Below, in pieces: positions 10,997 through 24,017 of a DNA stretch of 64,000 nt. Source of the DNA: Octopus vulgaris. Lineage: Eukaryota. Positions within the stretch are counted from its first letter, which is position 1. Every line of letters begins with the position of its first letter. Both the position numbers and the translations under genes were made by a program. The notes under the pieces are model-generated. The model had not been told where the DNA came from. It was given only the letters and a program-made list of their open reading frames with translations, and ran no database searches. The stretch covers positions 8,184,001 through 8,248,000 of the forward strand of contig OX597827.1 in the NCBI GenBank assembly GCA_951406725.2, given 5' to 3'.

Positions 10997-13232
10997 TTAT
11001 AGAAATAATATTGTGAGGTCGACTTTGCCTTTATAGAAATAATGTTGTGAGGTCGACTTTGCCTTTATAGAAATAATGTTGTGAGGTCGACTTTGCCTTT
11101 ATAGAAATAATGTTGTGAGGTCGACTTTGCCTTTATAGAAATAATATTGTGAGGTCGACTTTGCCTTTATAGAAATAATGTTGTGAGGTCGACTTTGCCT
11201 TTATAGAAATAATGTTGTGAGGTCGACTTTGCCTTTATAAAAATAATATTGTGAGGTCGACTTTGCAGTTATAGAAATAATATTGTGAGGTCGACTTTGC
11301 CTTTATAAAAATAATATTGTGAGGTCGACTTTGCCTTTATAAAAATAATATTGTGAGGTCGACTTTGACTTTATAGAAATAATATTGTGAGGTCGACTTT
11401 GCCTTTATAGAAATAATGTTGTGAGGTCGACTTTGCAGTTATAGAAATAATGTTGTGAAGTCGACTTTGCAGTTATAGAAATAATATTGTGAGGTCGACT
11501 TTGCCTTTATAAAAATAATATTGTGAGGTCGACTTTGCAGTTATAGAAATAATATTGTGAGGTCGACTTTGCCTTTATAAAAATAATATTGTGAGGTCGA
11601 CTTTGCCTTTATAAAAATAATATTGTGAGGTCGACTTTGACTTTATAGAAATAATATTGTGAGGTCGACTTTGCCTTTATAGAAATAATGTTGTGAGGTC
11701 GACTTTGCAGTTATAGAAATAATGTTGTGAGGTCGACTTTGCAGTTATAGAAATAATATTGTGAGGTCGACTTTGCCTTTATAGAAATAATATTGTGAGG
11801 TCGACTTTGCCTTTATAGAAATAATGTTGTGAGGTCGACTTTGCCTTTATAGAAATAATGTTGTGAGGTCGACTTTGCCTTTATAGAAATAATATTGTGA
11901 GGTCGACTTTGCCTTTATAAAAATAATATTGTGAGGTCGACTTTGACTTTATAGAAATAATATTGTGAGGTCGACTTTGCCTTTATAGAAATAATATTGT
12001 GAGGTCGACTTTGCAGTTATAGAAATAATGTTGTGAGGTCGACTTTGCAGTTATAGAAATAATATTGTGAGGTCGACTTTGCCTTTATAGAAATAATATT
12101 GTGAGGTCGACTTTGCCTTTATAGAAATAATGTTGTGAGGTCGACTTTGCCTTTATAGAAATAATGTTGTGAGGTCGACTTTGCCTTTATAAAAATAATA
12201 TTGTGAGATCGACTTTGCCTTTATAGAAATAATATTGTGAGGTCGACTTTGCCTTTATAAAAATAATATTGTGAGGCCGACTTTGACTTTATAGAAATAC
12301 TATTGTGAGGTCGACTTTGCGTTTATAGAAATAATGTTGTGAGGTCGACTTTGCAGTTATAGAAATAATATTGTGAGGTCGACTTTGCCTTTATAGAAAT
12401 AATGTTGTGAGGTCGACTTTGCCTTTATAGAGATAATGTTGTGAGGTCGACTTTGCCTTTATAGAAATAATATTGTGAGGTCGACTTTGCCTTTATAAAA
12501 ATAATATTGTGAGGTCGACTTTGACTTTATAGAAATAATATTGTGAGGTCGACTTTGCCTTTATAGAAATAATGTTGTGAGGTCGACTTTGCCTTTATAG
12601 AAATAATGTTGTGAGGTCTACTTTGCCTTTATAGAAATAATGTTGTGAGGTCGACTTTGCTTTTATAGAAATAATGTTGTGAGGTCGACTTTGCCTTTAT
12701 AGAAATAATGTTGTGAGGTCGACTTTGCCTTTATAGAAATAATGTTGTGAGGTCGACTTTGCCTTTATAGAAATAATGTTGTGAGGTCGACTTTGCCTTT
12801 ATAGAAATAATGTTGTGAGGTCGACTTTGCCTTTATAGAAATAATGTTGTGAGGTTGACTTTGCCTTTACAGAAATAATGTTGTGAGGTCGACTTTGCCT
12901 TTATAGAAATAATGTTGTGAGGTCGACTTTGCCTTTATAGAAATAATGTTGTGAGGTCGACTTTGCCTTTATAAAAATAATATTGTGAGGTCGACTTTGC
13001 CTTTATAGAAATAATATTGTGAGGTCGACTTTGCCTTTATAAAAATAATATTGTGAGGTCGACTTTGCCTTTATAAAAATAATATTGTGAGGTCGACTTT
13101 GCCTTTATAGAAATAATATTGTGAGGTCGACTTTGCCTTTATAGAAATAATGTTGTGAGGTCGACTTTGCAGTTATAGAAATAATGTTGTGAGGTCGACT
13201 TTGCCTTTATAGAAATAATGTTGTGAGGTCGA
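10997..13232 (+). repeat. 34-bp minisatellite, 65 full units + 1 partial
   Basis: Unit AGAAATAATGTTGTGAGGTCGACTTTGCCTTTAT; starts at 11001 and 13211 are exactly 65x34 apart. Confidence 0.98.
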
Positions 13233-13237
13233 ATAAT

Positions 13238-13381
13238 GAGGTCGACTTTGCCTTTCATCCTTTTCGGGGTCAATAAAATAAGTACCAGTTATGCACTGAG
13301 GTCGATATAATCGACTTAATCCATTTGTCTGTCCTTGTTTGTCCCCTCTGTGTGAAGCCCCTTGAGGGCAGTAAAGAAATA
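13238..13381 (+). mobile_element. 5'-truncated SINE family C terminating the 34-bp array
   Basis: GAGGTCGACTTTGCCTTTCATCC...GTAAAGAAATA, followed by the TSD-like AGAAATAATGCTGTGA. Confidence 0.9.
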
Positions 13382-14399
13382 AGAAATAATGCTGTGAACA
13401 TACTGCAATTGCTGCAATGACTGAGTGCTCCACAGATTAATTTGGAACAGTTCAAGCTTAAGCTTAACTAATTATGAGTGTTAGGCACAAATGTTTCTTC
13501 CACCATGAGCAGGGAAACACTTGTTCTTTATTGTTAAATGTTGCTGCATTTTAATTCCTTCTTAATTACTGTAAAAGCATAGCTCATTCATCAGTTTTGC
13601 AATGCCTTCAAATTTCAAGAAACTCCTAAATTCCTAACGAAAGGTTATTATAATACTTGGCTCTACTTTTATCAGCATTGGATTAATCATTAAGCAAAAT
13701 AAGCCCATGGTTAGGGCATCAAAGGAAGGGGAGAACCACAGAAATGGTAAATGTTTTACAGCATAAAAATCCCCTTAAACTTGCCTTATTATCTGCACCT
13801 TAATTATCTAATAAGCTGTGATCTACTTTTATGGACCATTTTATTTTTCTCCTTACTGATTTCACTGAATGGAGTGAGATTATGCTGGGAAACCTTTATC
13901 CAGGAGCGTTTTTTAATTGATTATATCAATCCAGTAATGTGTCTGATATTTAGTTCATCATTTTCATGAGATATAGACCAATGCTGACCTAATATTTCTT
14001 TATATTTCATAAAGATAGTCAACACACTTAAACAAGAATTCAGAGGAAAATTTGTGTATGAACGCACTGGTTATCACCTAGGCTGATATAAACATACACA
14101 CATTACAGAGTATACATACATACATACATACATACATACATACATACATACATACATACATACATACACATACATACACATGAATGCATTCATGGTTCCT
14201 TTCTTGGATATGAACCCAAACTGCACCTCAGTTGGTGTATGTAATTTATCAGATTCTTGAATGTAAAATATTATTTAATTTGTAACATCTGAAAATAATA
14301 TGCAGGTAAATAAGTGCTAAATTTCTGTTTTATTTTAGAAAAGCATTGTCATTTTATATTTTGGCAATGTACTTTTACATTTAAGAGCTTGCCCATCGT

Positions 14400-15370
14400 T
14401 TTTTTTTTTTGTCATCTATGGTATTGTGCATTGAGAATTCATCCCCCATGGCCAGACCCTCAAACAAGAGTTCTATTACAACGTTTTGAAGTGTTTGAAG
14501 GAGAACATTCAGTGAAAGCAATAGGATCTGTGGGGCACAAGGAATTGGATTCTCTTTGATGACAATGCGCCAGGTCACTGAACTTTCCTCGCTCATGAGT
14601 TTCTCGTCAAGAACAACATGGTATTGCTTCTGCACCCACCCTATTCACCAGACTTCCATCTCTTTTCCCAGATGGAAGTGTAGCTCAAAGGTTGCTGTCT
14701 TAACACCGTTGTCAAGATCACGATTGAATTGCAGAAGATCCTCAATCTGCTTATGGTAAACAACGTCCAGACCAGATTCCAAAAATGGCAGGAACACTGA
14801 GACCAGTGTACTGCTGTACAAGGTGACTGTTTTGAAGAAGCTGATGTTAAAACTTAGGTATTTAAGTTATTTTTTATTAAACATATTATACATATATATA
14901 TATATATATATATATAGCCGCAGGAGTGGCTGTGTGGTAAGTAGCTTGCTTACCAACCACATGGTTCCGGGTTCAGTCCCACTGCATGGCAATTTGGGCA
15001 AGTGGCTTCTGCTATAGCCCCGGGCCGACCAATGCCTTGTGAGTGGATTTGGTAGACGGAAACTGAAAGAAACCCGTCGTATATATGTATATATATGTAT
15101 GTATGTGTATGTGTATATGTTTGTGTGTCTGTGTTTGTCCCCCCAACATCGGTTGACAACCGATGCTGGTGTGTTTACATCCCCGTCACTTAGTGGTTCA
15201 GCAAAATAGGCCGATAGAATAAGTACTAGGCTTACAAAGAATAAGTCCTGGGAGCGATTTGCTCGACTAAAAAGGTGGTGCTCCAGCATGGCCACAGTCA
15301 AATGACTGAAACAAGTAAAAGAGTAAAAGAGTAAAGAGAGAGAGTCCAGGAACTTGCTGATACCACCTCA
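14400..15370 (+). mobile_element. Mariner transposase 3' remnant with terminal repeat
   Basis: GIVH*EFIPHGQT..EFYYNVLK..DDNAPGH..HPPYSPD; end AGTCCAGGAACTTGCTGATACCACCTCATA is separated from the body by SINE B. Confidence 0.85.
14917..15343 (+). mobile_element. SINE family B, inserted into a mariner 3' end
   Basis: Full-length copy. Confidence 0.9.
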
Positions 15371-15699
15371 TATACTATCATTCTAAAAATTTGCAATCAC
15401 ATTATCGAAATCTTGAACAATGCGTATCATAGGCTTACTCTGTTTGGAGTCACTCACTAAGTTCTCATAGTGGCACAAAGAGCAAAGGTCTGAGGAGAGT
15501 AAACTCAAATACATCAACTCTCAGCAATATCTCAGATCAGTTCAAGACCACAAATTTGTTAGAGACATTTGTAGTCGATTGAATTAATGTCACAATGAAC
15601 ATATTATTTGTTTATAGGCAACCTTCAACTTTTTCTTTCCAATTTGTTTTTTAAACCCAATTTTTACATGTTACGTGTAAAACAGCAAGGATGACACGC

Positions 15700-16022
15700 A
15701 AATGGCAGTGCCCCAGCATGGCCACAGCTCGTGAGATGAAACTAAATGAAATAAAAAAAAAATTCGTGAAGCGTTCCATATTTTTTAAATGGCAGTGCCC
15801 CAGCATGGCCACAGCTCGTGAGCTGAAACTAGATGAAATAAAAAAAAATTTGTGAAGCGTTCCATATTTTTTAAATGGCAGTGCCCCAGCATGGCCACAG
15901 CTCATGAGCTGAAACTAGATGAAATAAAAAAAAATTCGTGAAGCGTTCCATATTTTTTAAATGGCAGTGCCCCAGCATGGCCACAGCTCATGAGCTGAAA
16001 CTAGATGAAATAAAAAAAAAAA
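15700..16022 (+). repeat. 4x ~86-bp tandem of a LINE 3' tail
   Basis: Units start at 15700, 15787, 15873 and 15959. Confidence 0.95.
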
Positions 16023-16233
16023 TGTTATATCCATATTTTTATCTACGTAGAGTTCCATAATTAAAAACTATTAAGTTATTGTCTCTTAAAGTTTCCAAAC
16101 TCTTATGAGGTAAACAACATACAATGGTATGTATAAAGCTAAAGGCGGTGAGCTGGCAGAAACGTTAGCAAGCTGGGCGAAATGCTTAGTGATATTTTGT
16201 CTGCTGCTACGTTCTGAGTTCAAATTTCGCAGA

Positions 16234-16515
16234 GGTAAAATTTCCACTTTTTTCTTATTTTCATTTTCCTAAAATTTTCGTTGCTTCTTGCAACCTTTTC
16301 GATAGCTTTGAGTCAAGATTATTGAAAAGGTTGCAAGACGCAACGAAAATTTTAGGAAAATAAAAATAAGAAAAAGTGGAAATTTTACCGGTGAGTGTGT
16401 TAAATTATAAGGCACAAAAAGAGAATGACTCTCCCCAGACACAACAGAATATGCTTCAACACACGAACTCATATAAAGAATCTTGCAAAACCAAATCCAA
16501 AAACGAAACATAGAA
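16234..16515. repeat. Hairpin element (Penelope-like terminal repeat in inverted configuration)
   Basis: Arms ~16234-16305 and ~16320-16389; homologous copy at 56335-56668. Confidence 0.75.
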
Positions 16516-17469
16516 AGGAAAATTAAGATAACAGTTTTGAGAAAAATGTTTTCCTTTACAAATAAGATGTTTTGAAATAAATATCGGAAAACTATGACAT
16601 GGGAAATGTTTCCAGTAGTGCTTTCTGTGTAAAGAATATATAATTAAGGGTTGACACACTTAATGTAGTGAGCTAAAAATAATTTTTAGTTAATCAGTAT
16701 GAAAATTTATGAGCGCTAATGATAATTCATATCAAGGAAGAATAAAGGAGAGAACTCTGAAATCCAGCATTTGAGTATTATAGCCATAAATTTTGTTTCT
16801 AAGTGTTTTTGTATTTGAACCCTACCAGAGGTCTGTTTATATACAACTTCAATAAAATCATAAATATTTGAAATCTGAAATTGATAATCCCCTTGAGATC
16901 ATGTTAAACTCATATGGATCATCTCATGGAATTCCTTTTACTGACTATTTCATATTTATGAAAATGGCATTTATATATTTTTTATGCAGATAATTTTGTG
17001 ATGATTAAAAATGCCTATCAAATTACAGATTAAATTAAATTGAAAATTCCATTGCTACACTGTATGCTCTTATCAAATTAGAACATTCCACCATGAAGTT
17101 CATATCACCAATATTCTGCTTTATTCTAATAACTCATAAAATATTCTTGGAAAATGCTTTGATTCCCAATAACTAATGTGATTGAGTAAAAATTAGAATT
17201 ATTCTGGATGAGGAAGAAATCTTAGCAACTCTTCAGTTATTAAAAGGATCAATAACCAAAGTGTGAACGAAATCTTGTGAGGGTGTTTGGCTGTTTTATC
17301 TATTTATTCATTTATTCAATCATTTATTTGTTACACAATACAGTAGTATTTAATTTAAAAGGGAAAAGAGAAATGGGATCCACAGAAGTTGCGGAAGATA
17401 ACAAATTACTTTCGAGAAATCTAAAAACAAATAAATAAATAAATATATAAATAAGATGTAATGCCAAAA

Positions 17470-17513
17470 TAATGATAATAATAATAATAATCATGATAAT
17501 AATAATAATAATG

Positions 17514-17607
<94 letters not shown>

Positions 17608-17609
17608 TG

Positions 17610-17686
<77 letters not shown>

Positions 17687-17690
17687 CATG

Positions 17691-17739
<49 letters not shown>

Positions 17740-17750
17740 TAATAATAATA
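17470..17750. repeat. (AAT/GAT)n microsatellite
   Basis: Direct reading. Confidence 0.95.
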
Positions 17751-18334
17751 TTCAGTAATGTCAAAGGAAATCAAATATGACAGATGAAAATTAAATCAGT
17801 TCAGAATAAAGATGGCTTCATTATTATTGCCTAATTACTCAACATAATAATCTAATTTTGAAGTGCTCGCAATATGTTGGAGCCCTTCCATTTCTGATAA
17901 TACTTGGCGAGGTGTAAGCAAAGCTTGCATCATCTTCATAGATAATTTATGCAACCCCTTTCCATGCGAATATTTATTTTTGCTATTTCTTTTGACACTT
18001 CTAAAAATCAATGTTCATGGATGCTTTTCCTTTCATATTGCACCAAGCATTTCAAATGTAATTCTAATGCTAATGATCAGAGGAATTGTACTTTGTATCT
18101 TTATATTTTCACTTAGGTTTATCTTATGGATCATTTGCCTTCAGAAACTGTAATCTAGTATCAACATTTTTTTACTGCTCTTTCTGTTTATAGTTGTCGA
18201 AGAAGAAGGCGATCAAAACAGATTCTAACTCATATTAAGACACTATCCTGTTTTCAATGATGATGAATGACAATTGCGACACTATATGTCTGTAAGGTAA
18301 CATAAACAGTGAAGTCAGTGCTAACAGATTTAAT

Positions 18335-18553
18335 ACTCTTTTACTCTTTTACTTGTTTCAGTCATTTGACTGCGGCCATGCTGGAGCACCGCCTTTTAGT
18401 CGAGCAACTCGACCCCGGGACTTATTCTTTTTGTAAGCCCAGTACTTATTCTATCGGTCTCTTTTGCCAAACCGCTAAGTGACAGGGACGTAAACACACC
18501 AGCATCGGTTGTCAAGCAATGCTAGGGGAACAAACACAGACACACAAACGCAT

Positions 18554-18630
<77 letters not shown>

Positions 18631-18795
18631 TACGACAGGCTTCTTTCAGTTTCCGTCTACTAAATCCACTCACAAGGCATTGGTCGGCCCGGGGCTATAG
18701 CAGAAGACACTTGCCCAAGATGCCACGCAGTGGGACTGAACCCAGAACCATGTGGTTGGTTAGCAAGCTACTTACCACACAGCCACTCCTGCGCC
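18335..18795 (-). mobile_element. SINE family B
   Basis: Full-length copy. Confidence 0.9.
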
Positions 18796-19017
18796 TATTA
18801 TAATGTTATCATACTTATATCAATGGGAGGTAAGCATCATTAAACAATAACTAAATGAAACAAAAACAAGCAAGACAATATAACATTTGTAAAAAATTGT
18901 TTCACAAACTAGAATTATAATTAATTAGAAATGAAAATATGCAATGTTGTTAGTGGAAAAATAGATTGATCTTTAGTAGACAGTGTTATGCTTCCATACA
19001 TGATTCAGTCTTATTAA

Positions 19018-19237
19018 ACCTTTTGTTACCAACCTGGCTGAAACCGGCTCTGGCTCTGAGTACAAATGTCTTTTTTTCATAAATTTTGAATTAAAATCTT
19101 CCATCAAATCTTAGTCACAATTTATGTTCCTAACACTAACTGAATGATACCTAATTTGTTTTACTAAATTCTTTGTTATATTTAAAATAATTGAAAGAAA
19201 CACAGAGCATCTCAAAATAAATACAGTAATGAAAGGG
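19018..19237. mobile_element. piggyBac-type MITE
   Basis: TTAA flanks (19014-19017, 19238-19241); ends (A)CCTTTTGTTAC / GTAATGAAAGGG; second copy at 48366. Confidence 0.8.
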
Positions 19238-20078
19238 TTAAACCTTCTTTGCAAAACATACTCATTCACAGTTTGCTAGTTCAGTAGATTTAGAGAAGCA
19301 TTTATATACACAGAGATTGTACATACACAACTGTGACAAAACAACATAAAGGCTATGGAACATAACAAAGGATCCTCGCGTGGATGGAAAACATATATTG
19401 AGGTATGCTTAAACATAGTTAATGTGACCAGTAGGGTATAAAATAAAATATGTTACTTAGTAAAAGATGAATTTTGTGTGTAGAAATTAGATTGTTTCTT
19501 ATCTGCAACTTACTACAATTAATATAACAAATACTCAAAAATAAAAGAAATCAATATAACAATAAAAACCATTTTGGCATTTGAAGAGACAATGGCTGAT
19601 CATTATTATTGGAATTTATTCAGTGGCAACTTTAAAGTATTGTCAATGGCAATATTTCAGACTTGGTTGTAATTTTTGAAACCCAAAGCAATAACATTCT
19701 CTTTCGAAATGTTTAGTACTGTGAGGTCAATGTTCTAGATAAATTCCAAAAGTATTGCTTGATTAGAAAAAATATATTCATTGAGATACTACAAATAATA
19801 AGATCTAATCCAAGATCTCAGACATTTCTAATTATAATTTATATTGTTAGATATTTTTTTATTGCATACTCTTGAAATCTCTCTCAATTTAACTATCAAA
19901 TGATTAGCTGCTGCATACTGTCTCAAAATATCCATTTGTGCAATGATTAGAAGCCATTCACTGCATCGTACATTTTATCACCGCATAATTCCATTGAAGT
20001 TATACAGGGGAAACAACTCATTTTATTATTAGAATGTCTTCCTGTGATTTAAAATGTGTGGGATTTTTATATTGTTTA

Positions 20079-20597
20079 CTAGCAATATAGCCTGGCATTG
20101 CCTGGGATTAAGTTAGGATTATTAAGCTAATCAAGCGCTTTGTTTCAAACCAAACTAAGCAACCCAATGTGAAATTCGAGCACGTTGAAATTGGTAAATG
20201 TTTTTTTTGCGAATGAAAATAAGAGATTTGCAGCCTATTAGGAGGTCAGGATACTTGATTACGTGCAAAAGATCCGAGTTTTTTTCCCTTAGTGAAAATC
20301 GTGCAGGTGTTAATCTAAAAATTTACCCTTTGTTTATTTTTCACCATTGATAGACAGGGGGCTTAACTCATGTTAGTAAACTTACGGATTTCGCCGACGT
20401 GGAAATTGGAAACAGTTATGGTTGAAAATCGATTTTTACCATTATCTGCAGGTGCCTCAGGAAAAATAAGTTGACGAAAACACAGCCATGGTCATGACCA
20501 AGGTCCTGCTAAAAGTGGAGCGACATGTGTGCTAATTTGTGGACATGCATAAATTACATTAACGTACACACACACACATATTCTGCCTTTTATGGAT
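20079..20597 (-). mobile_element. Non-autonomous Helitron-like element
   Basis: 3' end CCCAGGCAATGCCAGG..TTGCTAG|T, same type as 28783; 5' boundary approximate. Confidence 0.6.
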
Positions 20598-20618
20598 ATT
20601 TTTTTTTTTTTTTTGTAC

Positions 20619-20817
20619 TTGACTGCGGCCATGCTGGAGCACCGCCTTTTAGAGTGGTGAAAGAGTACAGCAGGGATCACCACCATCCCCTGCCGGAGCC
20701 TCGTGGAGCTTTTTAGGTGTTTTCGCTCAATAAACACACACAACGCCCGGTCTGGGAATCGAAACCGCGATCCTCCGACTGCAAGTCCGCTGCCCTAACC
20801 ACTGGGCCATTGCGCCT
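20619..20817 (-). mobile_element. Chimeric SINE: family D head + family B tail
   Basis: ~20654-20817 matches the D 5' half; ~20619-20651 matches the B 3' end; a poly(A) follows on the minus strand. Confidence 0.8.
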
Positions 20818-22093
20818 AGATGAATATTTTTCATAACTAGCCACACAAATAAGCAACATTTAAAAACTCATACTCCTATAAATTTTAATATGCCAAAACA
20901 CGTCCCACACCTGATAAAAAGTGACATTTTTATTGAACTGTTTAAAAGTTAAACAGTTGGAATTCAGCTGATGACTTAGCTGAGTAAAGCTGAGAGGGAA
21001 AAAAAAACACAAATATGTGTATTTTATGCTTCTATACATCTTTACCATATTCCTAAATTTCACATTCAAACTTCTAATCCCACCAAATACTATGAAGAAA
21101 TGATTATGTTCCTTGAAGTTACTGTCCACTGAGAATCCTTTTTGTATGGAAATATATTTTGATACATCAAATAAGAACCATCAAATGAAAGATAAATAAT
21201 AAAGAAAAGAGCAACCAAAAGGAAGGATATGATAGAAAAGAGATAATATAATCTAAAGTAACATCATTTGGTTAAGACATCTGATGATTTTCACTACAAT
21301 AAATTTTGTAAAAAAGTCTATTTTTACTATGTGTCTGTGTATGGTTCACGAAACACTTAGAAGGATTTAACAGCTGTTATTGCAAGGCTTTGGTCGACAC
21401 GAGGCTATAGTAGAAGACACTTGCTCAAAGTGCCATGCAGTGGGACTGAACTCGGAACCATCTGGTTGGTAAACAAGCTACTTACCACACAGCCACACCT
21501 GCTGTGAATATGTTTGTGAATGTTTACACTTCATGTGACTAAAACAGCGACATTTTCTTGACATACCCTGTTAACAAATTATGCCAATGCTCATTGTTTT
21601 CGGAAGATAAATGAATAAATAATTCCAGATTTGAAAAACAGGTGAGGGAAAGCAACAGGGAAGATTTCTTATGGTAAAAAAATTTCACAATAATAAGTTT
21701 CCATCAAACCCATGCTAGGACTGAAAAATGGATGTAAAACGAATAATTTATTCACCCTAGAGACAATACATTGCTTTCCAACTTTCCCAAGATTTCCATA
21801 AATATCAGAAAATGAAAATTGAGGCATATTTCAGTTTCTTTTCTTTATTGCTTTATTCTGAAATTCATAAATGTAGATTAATTAAATTCTTATAAGCCAT
21901 AAAATATGAATGCTCAGAAAATATCATTTTACACTGGCTTATTTGCCTCTCATGACACAGAAAATAACTGACTAAGGAGTAGAAAAGAAGATGATAGGAA
22001 AGCAACTCTATTTCAAAACAAGACAAAAAAAATATATAAATAATGTTTGTAACAAATGGCTTGAAATAACAAGAGCAGATAAACATATGTGTA

Positions 22094-22094
<1 letters not shown>

Positions 22095-22174
<80 letters not shown>

Positions 22175-22177
22175 GTC

Positions 22178-22237
<60 letters not shown>

Positions 22238-22637
22238 CAGAGATGTGTATATATTTACGTATATATTATGCTATACATATACATGCATGATACTCATATA
22301 AACATATGTATCACGTGCATGTATCTATGTATTTGTATTGAATAAGCACATACACACACACATATATACATATATACAACTACACACACGCACACACATA
22401 TATATACATATATATACCTATATAGATATATATATGTGCATATACATATATGTATATATATGTATGTACCTATAGAAATATGTATATGTACATATACACA
22501 CATATATATGTGTGTATGTGTGTACCTACATAGATATATATATATGTACATATACATATATAAATGTACCTATATAGATATATACATGTACATATAGATA
22601 TATGTGTGCATGTTTATATATATATATATGTGTATAT

Positions 22638-22689
<52 letters not shown>

Positions 22690-22755
22690 GTATGTATCTA
22701 TGTGTGTGTATGTGTGTGTGTGTATGTATGTGTGTGTATGTGTGTGTGTGAGTAT
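22095..22755. repeat. Compound (TCTA)n/(TA)n/(GA)n/(TG)n simple repeats
   Basis: Direct reading; similar tracts at 23560-24017, 32520-32745 and 33080-33420. Confidence 0.9.
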
Positions 22756-23601
22756 GTGTTTCCGAATATGCGTCGATACCATAAAAAAAAATAATATACG
22801 AAATTATAAATCAAAAACAATAAAAATCAAGAAATCTCTTTTTTGACAATGAAATGAAACTAAGGAATATGCAATAAATCAAAGACGGTATAGAAACTAT
22901 TTTAGTGAGATGAGTATAGAAAGTGATGGTATAGTATTTTAATGGTGCGGATTTAGATGCTTTACAATTTTATGGCTTCAACATAGCATTAGAATTGAAA
23001 ATATCCAAAATACTTGGCATTTTGCAAATAGCAATATTTGATAGTGAATAGATTATGGATCGGATTTTTGCAGCTTGCCAAGACTCATGACACATAATCA
23101 AATGGTGGTGAATGAAATGATAAAGGAGCAGTGGAATAAGAGATTCAGCAACAATATGTAGCTGTATTGGCAGGGATCATATATCTTGAAATTGGCATGC
23201 ATACTGCAATTTGAAATCTAGCTAGCTTGAGGACATCGTTTAAATGTCCTTTGTGTTTTGTCTTCAATTGTTTTTGTTATTTTAGTCTAGTTCTTGTAGA
23301 ATATATCAAGAAGTACATTTTGTGTATGTATGTACGTATGTATGTATGAATGCCTCGCACAAACATATATGCATGCAAAGATATAAACGTACGTATGCAC
23401 ACGCGAGTTCAAATATAAGAAGGTAGAAAAATAGAATGGCAAGCATAGATTTTTGCATGATATAGTTGCACACAGAGACTAAACTGAATAATTACAAACA
23501 CATTCTGGAATGAAACATAATAGAGATTGAAAATATCTTTGAAATAATACATATGTGCATATACACACACACACACACATATATATAGGCGCAGATATAT
23601 A

Positions 23602-23653
<52 letters not shown>

Positions 23654-23654
23654 G

Positions 23655-23706
<52 letters not shown>

Positions 23707-23722
23707 CACATATATATGTATG

Positions 23723-23768
<46 letters not shown>

Positions 23769-23944
23769 ACGTGTAGATACACATATATATATATGCTAGT
23801 GCAGAACATCAAAGATGCTAGTGGGGTTTATTTCTGCCTCCACCTTTTTGTTATTTCCTCACATCTAGTTTGATATAATACACTAATCCCCCCCTCTCTC
23901 TCACTATCTCTCACTATCTCTTTTTCTCTATCTATCTATCTATC

Positions 23945-24017
<73 letters not shown>

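Noticed and set aside
10997-13232. CRISPR-like array
   Set aside because: Contiguous 34-bp units with no unique spacers, no cas genes, and a eukaryotic context.
18509-18803. Recurrent ORFs such as RQASFSFRLPNPLTRHWSARGYSRRHLPK suggesting a gene family
   Set aside because: These are antisense frames of SINE family B.
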